64,000 nt of DNA from contig CAMAVH010000001.1 of the NCBI GenBank assembly GCA_945861615.1, forward strand, positions 15,585-79,584, read 5' to 3'. The stretch is from Rhizobium sp. Q54 (GTDB taxonomy: Bacteria; Pseudomonadota; Alphaproteobacteria; SMXQ01). Shown here one piece after another: positions 1 to 8,723 of this stretch (the first letter of the stretch is position 1; every line of letters starts with the position of its first letter). The position numbers and the translations under genes were made by a program. The notes under the pieces were generated by a model. The model saw nothing but the letters and a program-made list of their open reading frames with translations. It searched no databases and was not told the origin of the DNA.

Positions 1-126
1 GCCAGGATAATCCGTCGGACTTTTCTGGACTTGGACGATGCGCGAGTCGGGCAGCAGCGAAACGTAATAGTTCGCCGCCGCCTCCGCCTCTTTTTCGAAC
101 CAGAGGCATGGCGTGATCTTGTTCAT
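1..126 (-). CDS. VOC/glyoxalase-like (PhnB-type) protein, N-terminal fragment; the gene continues beyond the window start
   Basis: The minus-strand reading from ATG (reverse complement at 124-126) gives MNKITPCLWFEKEAEAAANYYVSLLPDSRIVQV..., the typical N-terminus of PhnB/VOC-family proteins. It is truncated by the window edge. Confidence 0.45.
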   Translation of the reverse strand, partial: MNKITPCLWFEKEAEAAANYYVSLLPDSRIVQVQKSPTDYPG

Positions 127-185
127 TCCATTTCTCCTGAAGCTAGGGGCTAAACGCCCTGTCGCTCACACCGTTCCGGGAAGAG

Positions 186-1472
186 CTATTCTGCCGGCCC
201 AGCGACGGTGATCGGCGCCACAGTGATCGGTTGGGCGTTACCAGTCGGATCGGCGATGGCCGGGACGGTATCCTCGGCGCGATCCTTCGGCAGCATCAGC
301 GTGGCGATGGCGACGATCGCCGCCGCGCCGGCCAGCGTGATGTAGAGCCAGGAAAATTCGCCGGTGCGTTCGTGCAGATAGGAGACGAGCTGCACGGCGA
401 CGGGGCCGACGCCGAGCGACAGCACGAACTTCGCGCCGAAGGCCGAGCCGCGCCATTTCGACGGCGTATAACGGGCCATCAGCGCATTCTCCGCCGGCAG
501 CGAGCCGACATTGCTCACCACCATCAGCATCATGGCGAGGAAGAACGGCAGGCCTGATAACGCCGACGCGACGGCGATCGCCGGCACCTGCAGGCAATAG
601 CTGAACAGATAGGCGCTGCGCAGCGAAAAGCGGTCGGTCAGCCAGCCGGCGAAGATCTGCACGACACCGCCAACGACATAGATCGCCGTGAACAGCGCGC
701 CGACGCCGAAGGCGCCGCCGGCAAAGAAGTCCGGCATGCGCTCGCTGAGCGCCTTGGGCATGGCGATTTGCGTCGCCTGATAGATCAAGCCGGCGAGAAA
801 CACCGTCACCGACATGACGATGAAGGCGCGCACCACGTCGCCTCGCGGCGGCTCCTTGTGCGGCGCGCGATCGCCCTGCTGCTCGATCACCTGCTTGGTG
901 AGCAGCCCGCCGACCAGCACGAGCCCGGTGAGGATGGAGACGACACCCGGCACCCAAAAGGCGGCGCGCCAATTCACCAGATCGATCAAGCCGCCGGCGG
1001 TGAAGCCGGCAAGCGCCACGCCGAAGCCGCCGAAGCTGCCCCAGATGCCGAGCGAGGTGCCGCGGTTGGCGGCGGTCTTGATCAGCCAGGCCATGCCGAC
1101 CGGATGATAGATCGAGGCGAAGGCGCCGAGCGCCGCGAGGGCGATCGCGAGCTGGGTAGGATTTTCGGTCAGGCCGCAGGCGACGGCCGACGCGCCCGAG
1201 CCGACGAAGAAAACCACCATCATCCAGGGGTTGCTCCAGCGGTCGCCGAGCCAACCGGCGAGCGGCGCGCAGACGCCGACCAGGAAGGCGCCGACGGTCC
1301 AGAGGCCGATCAGCGCGCTGTAGCCGACGTTCCACTCGCGCTCAAGCGACAGCACGATGGTGAGATACAGCGCGACCAGTAGATGCATATAGCCATGGCC
1401 GAGCCAGGCGAAGAGCTGGGACCAGGCGGCGGAGCGCGATGCGCTGCCGAGGGAGGTTGGGGCGGACGACAT
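186..1472 (-). CDS. MFS transporter
   Basis: 428-aa ORF with about 12 hydrophobic helices, glycine-rich MFS-like loops and GC-rich codon usage. Confidence 0.8.
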   Translation of the reverse strand: MSSAPTSLGSASRSAAWSQLFAWLGHGYMHLLVALYLTIVLSLEREWNVGYSALIGLWTVGAFLVGVCAPLAGWLGDRWSNPWMMVVFFVGSGASAVACGLTENPTQLAIALAALGAFASIYHPVGMAWLIKTAANRGTSLGIWGSFGGFGVALAGFTAGGLIDLVNWRAAFWVPGVVSILTGLVLVGGLLTKQVIEQQGDRAPHKEPPRGDVVRAFIVMSVTVFLAGLIYQATQIAMPKALSERMPDFFAGGAFGVGALFTAIYVVGGVVQIFAGWLTDRFSLRSAYLFSYCLQVPAIAVASALSGLPFFLAMMLMVVSNVGSLPAENALMARYTPSKWRGSAFGAKFVLSLGVGPVAVQLVSYLHERTGEFSWLYITLAGAAAIVAIATLMLPKDRAEDTVPAIADPTGNAQPITVAPITVAGPAE

Positions 1473-1539
1473 GGATCGGTTATAGGCCGCAGGCCCGAGC
1501 CGGACAATGTTCGTTAGCGAATATTATCCTGCGAAAAAC

Positions 1540-1869
1540 TCATGATTTGCCCGGCTCGCCCCTCACCCAATCGAGGTAGGGCGCATGGCCAGTTTCGATT
1601 TTCCAGGCGACGACGCAGGGCAGATCGTAGCTATGCAAATCCCGCAAGCGTGCGGTCAGCCCCTCAAGCCGATGAGCAGTCGTTTTGAGAATGACCACGG
1701 CCTCGTCGTCTTCCACCAGCTTGCCCTGCCACTGGTAGATCGCCGTCATGCCCTCCAGCACGTTGGCGCAGGCGGCAAGACCCGCCTCGACGAGTGCGCG
1801 GCCGAGTTGCAGCGCCTCGGCGCGCGATGGCGCCGTTACATAGACCATCATCACATCGTCGCTGGCCAT
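1540..1869 (-). CDS. cutA: Divalent-cation tolerance protein CutA
   Basis: 109 aa, MMVYVTAPS...AACANVLEGMTAIYQWQGKL...VILKTT...YDLPCVVAW, the canonical CutA1 fold sequence. Confidence 0.85.
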   Translation of the reverse strand: MASDDVMMVYVTAPSRAEALQLGRALVEAGLAACANVLEGMTAIYQWQGKLVEDDEAVVILKTTAHRLEGLTARLRDLHSYDLPCVVAWKIETGHAPYLDWVRGEPGKS

Positions 1870-2005
1870 GCCGGTTCCCTTTCGGATCGTATGTTTAGGG
1901 TCTGTTCAGGGTTTGGCAGGCAAATTGGATCACGAAGCCCTGGCGCTCGGCCAGGAGTCTAAAATAAACTGACCGCGCCGTCAGCGCACGGCATGGGGGA
2001 GAAAC

Positions 2006-2284
2006 ATGAGCAAATCAGCCGAACGCAGCGACAGCCAGACGCCGCATCCGCATCGTCCGACCTTGCCGCAGCGCAACTGGCTGGTGCGCGGGCTCGATCA
2101 GCCGGGCGGCAAGTTGCCGCTGTTCGATCGCGATGGCCAGCGCATCGACACCCAGACGGTGCGCAGCTGCCTACAGGCCGGCTGGGCCGAGCCCTGGTTC
2201 AACAATCCGCTCAAGCCCGATTGGCTGGTCTGCAAAATCACCGACAAGGGCCGCAAAGCGCTGGTCGACAACGACGCGCCCTAA
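2006..2284 (+). CDS. Small hypothetical protein (92 aa) immediately upstream of the T1SS operon
   Basis: Good RBS (GGGGGAGAAAC-ATG), a coherent non-repetitive protein (MSKSAERSDSQTPHPHRPTLPQRNWLVRGLDQPGGKLPLFDRDGQRID...) and the same strand as the downstream operon. No recognisable family. Confidence 0.5.
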   Translation: MSKSAERSDSQTPHPHRPTLPQRNWLVRGLDQPGGKLPLFDRDGQRIDTQTVRSCLQAGWAEPWFNNPLKPDWLVCKITDKGRKALVDNDAP

Positions 2285-2326
2285 GGCGCAACCATCCAGA
2301 CGCTTCCATCCTCATACGATCGCATG

Positions 2327-2434
2327 TGGTCAATTGTGAACATCGGTTCACGTTAATGCCACATCGTTGCCGCTCGCCTGCTTAAGTTCCTGATGACACA
2401 AAGAGTTCCGGGAACCATTGGTCAATATTGACCA
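2327..2434 (+). promoter_or_regulatory. Candidate operator/promoter region of the T1SS operon: half-site TGGTCAAT (2327-2334), inverted repeat GTGAAC-N4-GTTCAC (2336-2351) and perfect 16-bp palindrome TGGTCAATATTGACCA (2419-2434)
   Basis: Read directly from the sequence. The region is relatively AT-rich, about 90-200 bp upstream of the TTG start at 2524, and is followed by a strong RBS GAGGAGG. Confidence 0.35.
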
Positions 2435-2523
2435 TGTCAGGAATATCTTCTGCATTGCCATAAGTGTTCCACCCCGTATAAGACGAAAGTAATAGCACTT
2501 TCTACTTATCGAGGAGGACGGCA

Positions 2524-4740
2524 TTGAGCGCAGTAGCCTCTCACGATCGCCAGACGGCGGCTGATCGCATTATCGAGTTCCCGATTCCGACCTCGATTGA
2601 CTGCCTGGCCGTGGCCGCCCGGCATTTCGGCGTTCACATCTCTGCGACCGCCTTTGTCAAAGATCATGCCCTGACGCAGGGCGAAGAGAATGGCGCGGCG
2701 CTCACCGCCCTCGCGCAAAAGATCGGCCTGGATGCGGCGGCTGTCGTTCCCGCCGACTGCAACCCCGCCGAGCTGGCGAAGGCCCTGCCCGCAATCCTAC
2801 GCTTGCGCAACGGCAACGCCATGCTGTTGCTCGAACTGACGCGGATCGCCGAGGGCTTCAGCGCGAAGCTCTACGACCCGACGGTCGGCGAAGCCGCCCC
2901 CTTGATCATCGACTGGGAGCGTCTCTGCGGCGCGAGCGAGGAAATTCTTCTGCTCAAGCGCGACGCCGCCAACGCCGATGAAACGGCGGAACGCGATTTC
3001 GGCATCGGTCAAGTGGTCGCCGAGGTTCGCAACGAGAAGCGCCTGTTTCGCGACATTGCCCTCGCCGCCGTGCTGATGAGCTTGACCGCGCTGGCCCCCG
3101 CGCTGTTCTGGCAACTCGTCGTCGACCGCGTGCTGGTTTACAAGAGCCTCTCGACCCTGCATGTGCTGGTCGGCGGACTGGTCTTTATCGTCCTGTTCGA
3201 TACGCTGTTCGGCTATCTGCGCCGCAGCCTGATCCTAGTCGCCACGTCACGTATCGACGCGCGGCTGTCTTCATTCATTTTCAGCCGCCTGCTCGATCTC
3301 GGCATCGATTATTTCGAACGCGCGCAGACTGGCGTCGTCGTGCGCGACGTCAATGAAGTTTGGCGCGTGCGCAATTTCCTTACCGGCCAGTTGTTCGGCA
3401 CCGTGCTCGACGCCGTCGTGCTCGTCGTCGTCCTGCCGGTGATGTTCTGGTTCAACCCGATCCTCGCCGGCGTCGTTCTCGCCATCGGCGCGCTGATGAT
3501 CCTGGCGATCCTCGCCTTCCTGCCCTTCGTGCGCCGCCGTACGGGACGCGCCTTCGAGGCCGAAGGCCGGCAAAACGCCTATCTCGTCGAATCGGTGCAA
3601 GGAATACGTACGGTCAAATCGATGGCCATGGAACGCCAACGCCGCCGCGTCTGGGACCGCCATGTGGCCGACGCGGCGCGTCTGCGCCGCGATGCGGGCG
3701 GCATCATCAACGCCCTGCAAACCGTCGTCACGCCGTTCGAGAAGATGATGACCAGCGGCGTCATCGCTCTCGCCGCCTACATGGCCGTCACCAGCAACGA
3801 TCCGGTCTATGTCGGCACGCTCATCGCCTTCGGCATGCTGACACAGCGCGTCGCCCAACCGCTGATCCAGCTCGCCTATCTCGTGCAGCAGTTCGACGAG
3901 GTCGGCCGCGCGCTGCGCACCGTCGCCGGCGTGGTCAACCAGCCACGCGAGGAAGGCCGAGGCAATGGCGGCTTGTCCACGCGAATTAAAGGCGCGGTGG
4001 AATTTTCCAACGTGCGCTTTCGCTATCCCGGCGCCGCCGCCTGCGCCCTCGACGGCGTTTCCTTCAAGGCCGAAGCCGGCAGCATCTTCGGCATCATGGG
4101 CCGCAGCGGCTCGGGCAAGACCACGGTCACCCGCCTGCTGCAAAGCCTGCATCGCAGCTACGATGGCCTGATCAAGATCGACGGCACCGACATCCGCGCC
4201 ATCGACCTCGACCATCTGCGCCGCAGCACCGGCGTCGTGCTGCAGGATAGCTTCCTATTCTCCGGCACGATCCGCGACAACATCGCCGCCGGCGCGCCCG
4301 GCGCCAGTTTCGAGCAGGTCGTCGCCGCCGCCCGTCTCGCCGGTGCCGAGGAGTTCATCGAACGGCTGCCGCGCGGCTACGATACCCATGTCGAAGAAGG
4401 CGCTTCGAACCTGTCCGGCGGCCAGAAACAGCGGCTCGCCATCGCCCGCGCCCTCATCGTCGATCCCGGTTTGCTGATTCTCGACGAAGCGACCAGCGCG
4501 CTCGATCCCGAGAGCGAGGCGATCATTAACGCGAACCTGCAGCGCATCGCCGCCGGGCGCACCGTCATCGTCATTTCGCACCGGCTCTCGTCCCTGGTCG
4601 GGGCCGATGCCATCCTCGCCCTGGAAAACGGCGCCGTCGTCGGCCTCGGGCCGCACGCGCAACTGCTGCAGCGCTGCGACATCTATCAGCGTATGTGGCG
4701 CCAGCAGAACGGCCACTGGCTGGCGGGAGCCGCCGAATGA
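2524..4740 (+). CDS. Type I secretion system ATPase/permease (HlyB family ABC transporter with an N-terminal C39-like peptidase domain)
   Basis: 738 aa. It has an N-terminal C39-like domain (…TSIDCLAVAARHFG…), a six-TM permease core and an ABC ATPase with Walker A GRSGSGKTT, signature LSGGQKQR and Walker B LLILDEATSALD. TTG start after GAGGAGG. Its stop overlaps the downstream HlyD start (ATGA). Confidence 0.9.
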   Translation: MSAVASHDRQTAADRIIEFPIPTSIDCLAVAARHFGVHISATAFVKDHALTQGEENGAALTALAQKIGLDAAAVVPADCNPAELAKALPAILRLRNGNAMLLLELTRIAEGFSAKLYDPTVGEAAPLIIDWERLCGASEEILLLKRDAANADETAERDFGIGQVVAEVRNEKRLFRDIALAAVLMSLTALAPALFWQLVVDRVLVYKSLSTLHVLVGGLVFIVLFDTLFGYLRRSLILVATSRIDARLSSFIFSRLLDLGIDYFERAQTGVVVRDVNEVWRVRNFLTGQLFGTVLDAVVLVVVLPVMFWFNPILAGVVLAIGALMILAILAFLPFVRRRTGRAFEAEGRQNAYLVESVQGIRTVKSMAMERQRRRVWDRHVADAARLRRDAGGIINALQTVVTPFEKMMTSGVIALAAYMAVTSNDPVYVGTLIAFGMLTQRVAQPLIQLAYLVQQFDEVGRALRTVAGVVNQPREEGRGNGGLSTRIKGAVEFSNVRFRYPGAAACALDGVSFKAEAGSIFGIMGRSGSGKTTVTRLLQSLHRSYDGLIKIDGTDIRAIDLDHLRRSTGVVLQDSFLFSGTIRDNIAAGAPGASFEQVVAAARLAGAEEFIERLPRGYDTHVEEGASNLSGGQKQRLAIARALIVDPGLLILDEATSALDPESEAIINANLQRIAAGRTVIVISHRLSSLVGADAILALENGAVVGLGPHAQLLQRCDIYQRMWRQQNGHWLAGAAE

Positions 4741-6059
4741 GCCCCCCCAAGAATCCCCTGCTCGCCCGCTTCTCCTCCGAAGTCGAAGCGCTGTCCGCCG
4801 AACGCGAGCCCCGGGCGGCCCGCGCCACCTTGCTCATAGCCGCCGCAACGATCGTCGTCGCGATCGGTCTCGCCTCGCAGGCACGCATCGATCGCATCGT
4901 CACTGGCAGCGGCCAACTCACGACCCAGGAGCGCACCGTCGTCGTCGGTTCGCTCAACCGCGCCATCATCAAATCGATCGAGGTTCGCGAAGGCGACCAA
5001 GTCGCCGCCGGCCAGATTCTGACGACGCTCGATCCCACCTTCGCCCTGGCCGACGTCGCCCAACTCGAAGTCCAACTCCAAAGTCTGGACGCCGAGATCG
5101 CCCGCCTCGATGCCGAGTTGGCGGACCGGCCGCTCGACACCAACCGCCTGAGCGCAAGCTACGCCGCCCTGCAGGCCAGCCTAATGGCCCAGCGGCTCAG
5201 CGAACGGACGGAAAAGTTGCGCGGTTTCGACGCCAAGATCGCCCAGCAGGAATCCACCATCATCAAGCTCACGGCCAACCGGCAACGTTACGACGAGCGC
5301 GGCAAGCTGATGCGTGAGGTCGAAGATATGCGCCGCAAGCTGGCCGAACAGCAGGTCGGTAGCCGCCTCATGCTGTTGCAGGCAATGGACCAGCGGCTTG
5401 AGGTTTTGCGCAATGCCGACTTCGACGCCAACAGCCTGGAAGAGGCTCGCCACCTGCGCGACAGCTTGCGCTCAGACCGCGAAACATTCCTGGAGCAATG
5501 GCGCACCCAGGCGCAGCTCGACCTGATCAAGAACAGCACGACGCGCGATTCGACTCTCGAACAGCTGACCAAGGCGCAGAAGAACCAGGATCTCGTCACC
5601 CTGCGCGCGCCCTCCGACGGCATCGTCCAGCAGATCGGCAAGTTTTCCGTCGGCTCGGTGCTGACCGAAGGCGTGCCGCTCGTCACTCTGGTGCCGCTCA
5701 ACGCCAAGATGGAAACGGAAGTGTCCATCGACGCACGCGACGTCGGCTTCGTGCGCCCGGGCGATCCGGTGACGCTCAAGCTCGCCGCTTACGACTTTCT
5801 CGAGCACGGCCATGTCGAAGGCACCGTCCGTACCATCAGCGAAGATGCCTTCAGCCAACAAAGCGGCCAGCCGATCCGCCCGTTCTACAAGGCGACCATC
5901 ACCATCGACCGCACGGCGCTGCGCAACGTGCCCGATAGCTTCCGTCTGAACCCCGGCATGCCGGTAACCGCGGATGTGAAGGTTGGCACGCGCAGCCTGC
6001 TGTCCTATCTCGTGCGCGGCGCGCTCCGCACCGCCGACGAAGCGATGCGCGAGCCATGA
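4737..6059 (+). CDS. HlyD-family type I secretion periplasmic adaptor (membrane fusion protein)
   Basis: Single N-terminal TM (ATLLIAAATIVVAIGLA), a long coiled-coil (LEVQLQSLDAEIARLDAEL…) and a C-terminal beta-barrel/lipoyl region (LVTLRAPSDGIVQQIGKFSVGSVL…PGMPVTADVKV), the typical HlyD/PrsE architecture. Translationally coupled on both sides. Confidence 0.9.
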   Translation: MSPPKNPLLARFSSEVEALSAEREPRAARATLLIAAATIVVAIGLASQARIDRIVTGSGQLTTQERTVVVGSLNRAIIKSIEVREGDQVAAGQILTTLDPTFALADVAQLEVQLQSLDAEIARLDAELADRPLDTNRLSASYAALQASLMAQRLSERTEKLRGFDAKIAQQESTIIKLTANRQRYDERGKLMREVEDMRRKLAEQQVGSRLMLLQAMDQRLEVLRNADFDANSLEEARHLRDSLRSDRETFLEQWRTQAQLDLIKNSTTRDSTLEQLTKAQKNQDLVTLRAPSDGIVQQIGKFSVGSVLTEGVPLVTLVPLNAKMETEVSIDARDVGFVRPGDPVTLKLAAYDFLEHGHVEGTVRTISEDAFSQQSGQPIRPFYKATITIDRTALRNVPDSFRLNPGMPVTADVKVGTRSLLSYLVRGALRTADEAMREP

Positions 6060-6856
6060 TCGGAGACCTCCTCTCGCGCCTTTGCGCAAAGCTGATCGCG
6101 CGTTCGGGTTTTCCGCTCGAACGCTTGCGCCGAGCCGCCGAGCGTGGCGACGCACATGCGCAATATAATCTTGGCCAAGCCTATCTGATAGGCCACGTGG
6201 TCGCCGCCGCGCCGCGCAGCGCCGTCAACTGGCTCGAACTCGCCGCCCGGCAAGGGCATGTCGAAGCGCAACATAGCCTGAGCCTGATCTATCTTCATGG
6301 CGCGCGCGCCGGCGGCGCAGCCGCCACTTGGTTCGCCGAGGCGGAGCGAAGCGATGCCGCGCGCATCAACGCCGAATTGCTTTATCCCGACGGCCTCGCC
6401 ATTGCGGCCATGCCGGAACGGGCTTTCGCCCTCGCCACGGCGGCGGCCCTGCGGGGCCATGCGGCGGCGCAGGCCAATCTCGGCATGCTGTTCCTGCGCG
6501 GCGTCGGTTGCGCTCAAGATTTTTCCGCCGCCGCGGTTTGGTTTCGCCGCGCCGCCGAACAAGGCGACGCCGGCGGGGCGCTCGGCCTCGGCTTAATTTA
6601 CGAGCATGGCTTCGAGCGCGCCGCGGACGCCGCCGAAGCCGCACGCTGGTATGCCATCGCGGCAGAGGCCGGCAACGACGCCGCCGCCACCGCGCTCGGC
6701 ATCCTCCATTTGAACGCCCCGATGAACGGCGGGGGCGTCACGCACGACATCGCCAAGGCCGAACGCCTGCTGCATGGCCCTGCCGCGCGCGGCAATCCCT
6801 TCGCCCAGAAAGCCCTTCAATCCTTGCGCAACAACCAGCCGACGACGGCCGCCTGA
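6056..6856 (+). CDS. Sel1-like (TPR-family) repeat protein, co-operonic with the T1SS
   Basis: 266 aa with about six repeats of the form A(x)AQxxLGxxYxxGxGV (AHAQYNLGQAYLIGH, VEAQHSLSLIYLHG, AAAQANLGMLFLRGVG, AGGALGLGLIYEHGFE…). No obvious signal peptide. Its start ATGA-overlaps the HlyD stop. Confidence 0.8.
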   Translation: MIGDLLSRLCAKLIARSGFPLERLRRAAERGDAHAQYNLGQAYLIGHVVAAAPRSAVNWLELAARQGHVEAQHSLSLIYLHGARAGGAAATWFAEAERSDAARINAELLYPDGLAIAAMPERAFALATAAALRGHAAAQANLGMLFLRGVGCAQDFSAAAVWFRRAAEQGDAGGALGLGLIYEHGFERAADAAEAARWYAIAAEAGNDAAATALGILHLNAPMNGGGVTHDIAKAERLLHGPAARGNPFAQKALQSLRNNQPTTAA

Positions 6857-6899
6857 GCCCGGCCCGTCACGCCTTTCAATTCAAATAGAAAGTAGTTCA

Positions 6900-8639
6900 A
6901 TGGCCTTGAATGATATGCGTTTGACCTTCCGCGACGAGTTCAACAGCCTCAGCCTCGACACCGGTACCGCCGCGACCGATCCCAAATTTTGGAACAGCTC
7001 GATGCACAACGGCTATGTGCGATCGCTTTCCGGCAACAAGGAGCTGCAGATCTATGCGGACCCAGACTACAAGGGGCTCGGCGTCAATCCCTTCTCGGTC
7101 AACGACGGGATTTTGAGCATCAAGGCGGCGCCCGCCTCCACCGCCGTCAAGAATGCCACCGGATATGGTTATACCTCGGGTGTCCTCACCTCGCAGGGCG
7201 CCTTCTCGCAGCAATACGGTTACTTCGAAGTCCGTGCGCAGGTTCCCGAGGGCCAGGGTCTATGGCCCGCCTTCTGGCTGCTCAACGACGACGAGAACTG
7301 GCCGCCCGAACTCGACGTCATGGAAGTGATCGGCAGCGAAACGAAAGTCCTGCATCAATCCGTGCATACTGACCATCCCGACACCACCAAGGTGACCTAT
7401 CTCCCCGAGAAGCTGTCGGCCGGCTTTCACACCTATGGCATGGACTGGACGAAGAGCAACATTACCTTCTATCTCGACGGCAAGGTGACGGGAACCGTCG
7501 CCACGCCCAGCGATATTCACGGCTCGATGTACATGGTGCTCAACCTGGCCGTCGGCGGCACCTGGCCCGGCTCGCCCAATGCCGCGACCAATTTCGCCAC
7601 CGCCAAGCTGAACGTCGATTACGTCCGCGTTTACCAGCATGGCGGTTCGGGCGGCGTGCTTCCGGTCGGCGGATCGACGACCACTCCGGCGCCGACCACG
7701 CCGGCCCCGACCACCCCAACGCCGGCCCCGCAAGCCGGCCTCGTGATGCCCACGTTCAATTCGCAAACGGCCCTGCCGAGCGCGCTGCTCGCGCCGGATG
7801 CCGCCTTCAAATCCTGGCCGCCCGCTCATGTGAAGATCAGCAACGGCGGCACCGTGTCTGTCGCGGACGGATCGAGCGTCCGGCTATTCGAACATGCCGC
7901 CGGCACGAGCAAGACCTATGGGGCGAGCCAGCTCAAGCTCCAAGGCACGCCCGACGGCGCGAGCGTCAGCGCGAGCTACGACGCCAAGAAGAATATCACC
8001 GTCGTCAACAATGGCGCGTGGGGCGGCATCGACAATGCCGCGGTGCGCTCAGGCGTGATGAGCGTCATGACCGTGAAGAACTTCGCCGGCGTCGAAATCG
8101 ACAATGGCCGGTCGCAGGGTGCGACCGTGAATGTCTCCGACGTCATGCGCGGCTCAATCGCCACGAGTGGCGGTAACGACAGCCTACAGATCACCGGAAA
8201 AAGCAATGCCACCAGCGGCAACCTGTTGACCATCTCCGCCGGGAACGGCAACAACAGCGTTAACTATAGCGGCGGCGCGAGCAATCGGGCGGCGATCATT
8301 ACCGGCTCGGGCGCCGACACTGTCACCTTCGGCGGTCAGGCCAACGGAGCGATCAATACCGGAGCCGGCAATGATCGCGTGAACGTCCGCTCCACCGGCA
8401 ACGTTGCCGTCACCGGCGGCGCCGGCGCGGATATCTTCTCTTTCATCGCCGGGGCCCATGCCACCATCGCCGACTTCAAGGCAGGCGAGGACCGCGTCGA
8501 GTTTTCCGGAGTCAGCGCCGCCAATGTGCAAGTGCGCAGCAACGGCAGCAGCACGCTGATCGACCTCAATGGCAATAGCGCCGTCGTGCTCTCCGGCGTC
8601 ACCTTGAGCGCGAGCCAACTGAACCTGAGCTACGCCTAA
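6900..8639 (+). CDS. Secreted glycoside hydrolase family 16 glycanase with C-terminal RTX-like calcium-binding repeats (T1SS substrate; ExsH/PlyA-like)
   Basis: The N-terminal GH16 domain carries the catalytic motif E-L-D-V-M-E (WPPELDVMEVIG). It has a Pro/Thr linker (TTTPAPTTPAPTTPTPAP). The C-terminal half has GGxGxD-type nonapeptides (GGAGADIFSF, GAGNDRVNV, SGGNDSLQI). There is no N-terminal signal peptide, which is typical of T1SS cargo. The start is taken at ATG 6900 (MALNDMRLTF); the upstream extension of the ORF overlaps the Sel1 gene. Confidence 0.85.
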   Translation: MALNDMRLTFRDEFNSLSLDTGTAATDPKFWNSSMHNGYVRSLSGNKELQIYADPDYKGLGVNPFSVNDGILSIKAAPASTAVKNATGYGYTSGVLTSQGAFSQQYGYFEVRAQVPEGQGLWPAFWLLNDDENWPPELDVMEVIGSETKVLHQSVHTDHPDTTKVTYLPEKLSAGFHTYGMDWTKSNITFYLDGKVTGTVATPSDIHGSMYMVLNLAVGGTWPGSPNAATNFATAKLNVDYVRVYQHGGSGGVLPVGGSTTTPAPTTPAPTTPTPAPQAGLVMPTFNSQTALPSALLAPDAAFKSWPPAHVKISNGGTVSVADGSSVRLFEHAAGTSKTYGASQLKLQGTPDGASVSASYDAKKNITVVNNGAWGGIDNAAVRSGVMSVMTVKNFAGVEIDNGRSQGATVNVSDVMRGSIATSGGNDSLQITGKSNATSGNLLTISAGNGNNSVNYSGGASNRAAIITGSGADTVTFGGQANGAINTGAGNDRVNVRSTGNVAVTGGAGADIFSFIAGAHATIADFKAGEDRVEFSGVSAANVQVRSNGSSTLIDLNGNSAVVLSGVTLSASQLNLSYA

Positions 8640-8649
8640 GCCTATCGAG

Positions 8650-8677
8650 GGGCGGGCCGATGGGCCCGCCCCTCGCG
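8650..8677 (+). terminator. GC-rich stem-loop between the two glycanase paralogs (GAGGGGCGGGCC-gatg-GGCCCGCCCCTC)
   Basis: A perfect 12-bp inverted repeat directly after the stop at 8639. It has no T-tract, so it may act as an attenuator or mRNA-stability element rather than a full terminator. Confidence 0.4.
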
Positions 8678-8723
8678 CGTGCCGGCAATCTGCTTCCATC
8701 AACGCCAATCCCGGGGGGATATC

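Noticed and set aside
6774-6899. Upstream extension of glycanase 1 ORF (MALPRAAIPS…).
   Set aside because: It overlaps the 3' end of the Sel1 gene. The paralog begins at the equivalent MAL(N/D)D(M/L)RL(T/S)FRDEF, which fixes the start at 6900.
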